Shown here: positions 63,570 through 64,000 of the stretch, piece after piece
Numbering within the stretch: the first letter of the stretch is position 1
How the letters are laid out: each line of letters opens with the position of its first letter
Origin: Chiloscyllium plagiosum
Taxonomy: Eukaryota
Assembly: GCF_004010195.1 (NCBI RefSeq)
Contig: NC_057720.1
Coordinates: forward strand, 11,968,543 to 12,032,542
Reading direction: 5' to 3'
DNA: 64,000 bases
Position numbers and translations under genes: made by a program
The notes under the pieces: model-generated
What the model was told of the DNA's origin: nothing
The model's database searches: none
The model's input: the letters and a program-made list of their open reading frames with translations, nothing else

Positions 63570-64000
63570 ACCCCTAGTGCTCACCGTATTCCCAAGTGCT
63601 CACCAAATTCCCCTGTGCTCACCGAATTCCCAGTGCTCACCGAATCCCCCTATGCTCACCGAATCCCCCTGTGCTCACCATATTCCGCAGTGCTCACCGA
63701 ATCCCCCAGTACTCACCGAACCCCTAGTGCTCACCGTATTCCCAAGTGCTCACCAAATTCCCCTGTGCTCACCGAATTCCCAGTGCTCACCGAATCCCCC
63801 TGTGCTCACCAAATTCCCCTGTGCTCACCGAATTCCCAGTGCTCACCGAATCCCCCTATGCTCACCGAATCCCCCTGTGCTCACCAAATTCCCCTGTGCT
63901 CACCGAATTCCCAGTGTCACCAAATTCCCCTGTGCTCACCGAATTCCCAGTGCTCACCGAATCCCCCTATGCTCACCGAATACCCCAATGCTCACCGAAT
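63570..64000. repeat. Minisatellite, 18-19 bp unit gtgctcaccgaat(t/c)ccc(c/a)(t/a)
   Basis: About 23 tandem units running off the window end; the variant pattern recurs with a 150-bp period (63571 versus 63721). Confidence 0.95.

Noticed and set aside
63570..64000. CRISPR-like appearance of the regular short repeats
   Set aside because: The units are directly tandem with no unique spacers, there are no cas genes, and the context is a vertebrate intron; it is a minisatellite.

Overview
Vertebrate genomic DNA, most likely from a shark (HE1-type V-SINEs, CR1, Rex1/Babar and Penelope-like repeats); there are no prokaryotic features. The minus strand carries the 3' half of USP33 as 13 coding exons from 62085 down to the stop codon at 18591. 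All have GT-AG boundaries and mutually consistent phases, and together they give 476 codons plus stop, covering the USP domain C-terminal half with the His box and two DUSP domains. The 5' exons lie beyond the window end. Bases 1-17900 are repeat-rich, apparently intergenic DNA. The most interesting non-coding signal is a dense population of Penelope-like element (PLE) derivatives from about four sequence families. Each family carries a minimal hammerhead ribozyme core (CUGANGA-stem II-GAAA-NUH) with covarying stems. Many occur as short fold-back (palindromic) insertions with 10-19 bp target-site duplications, including a perfect 67-bp inverted repeat with a hammerhead on each strand inside a USP33 intron. 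Also notable: apparent loss of the alternative acceptor for the 8-aa USP33 insert, direct repeats bracketing a 34-nt micro-exon, nested TE stacks, and a 19-bp minisatellite beside an assembly gap. All coordinates were read by hand; repeat boundaries are approximate.
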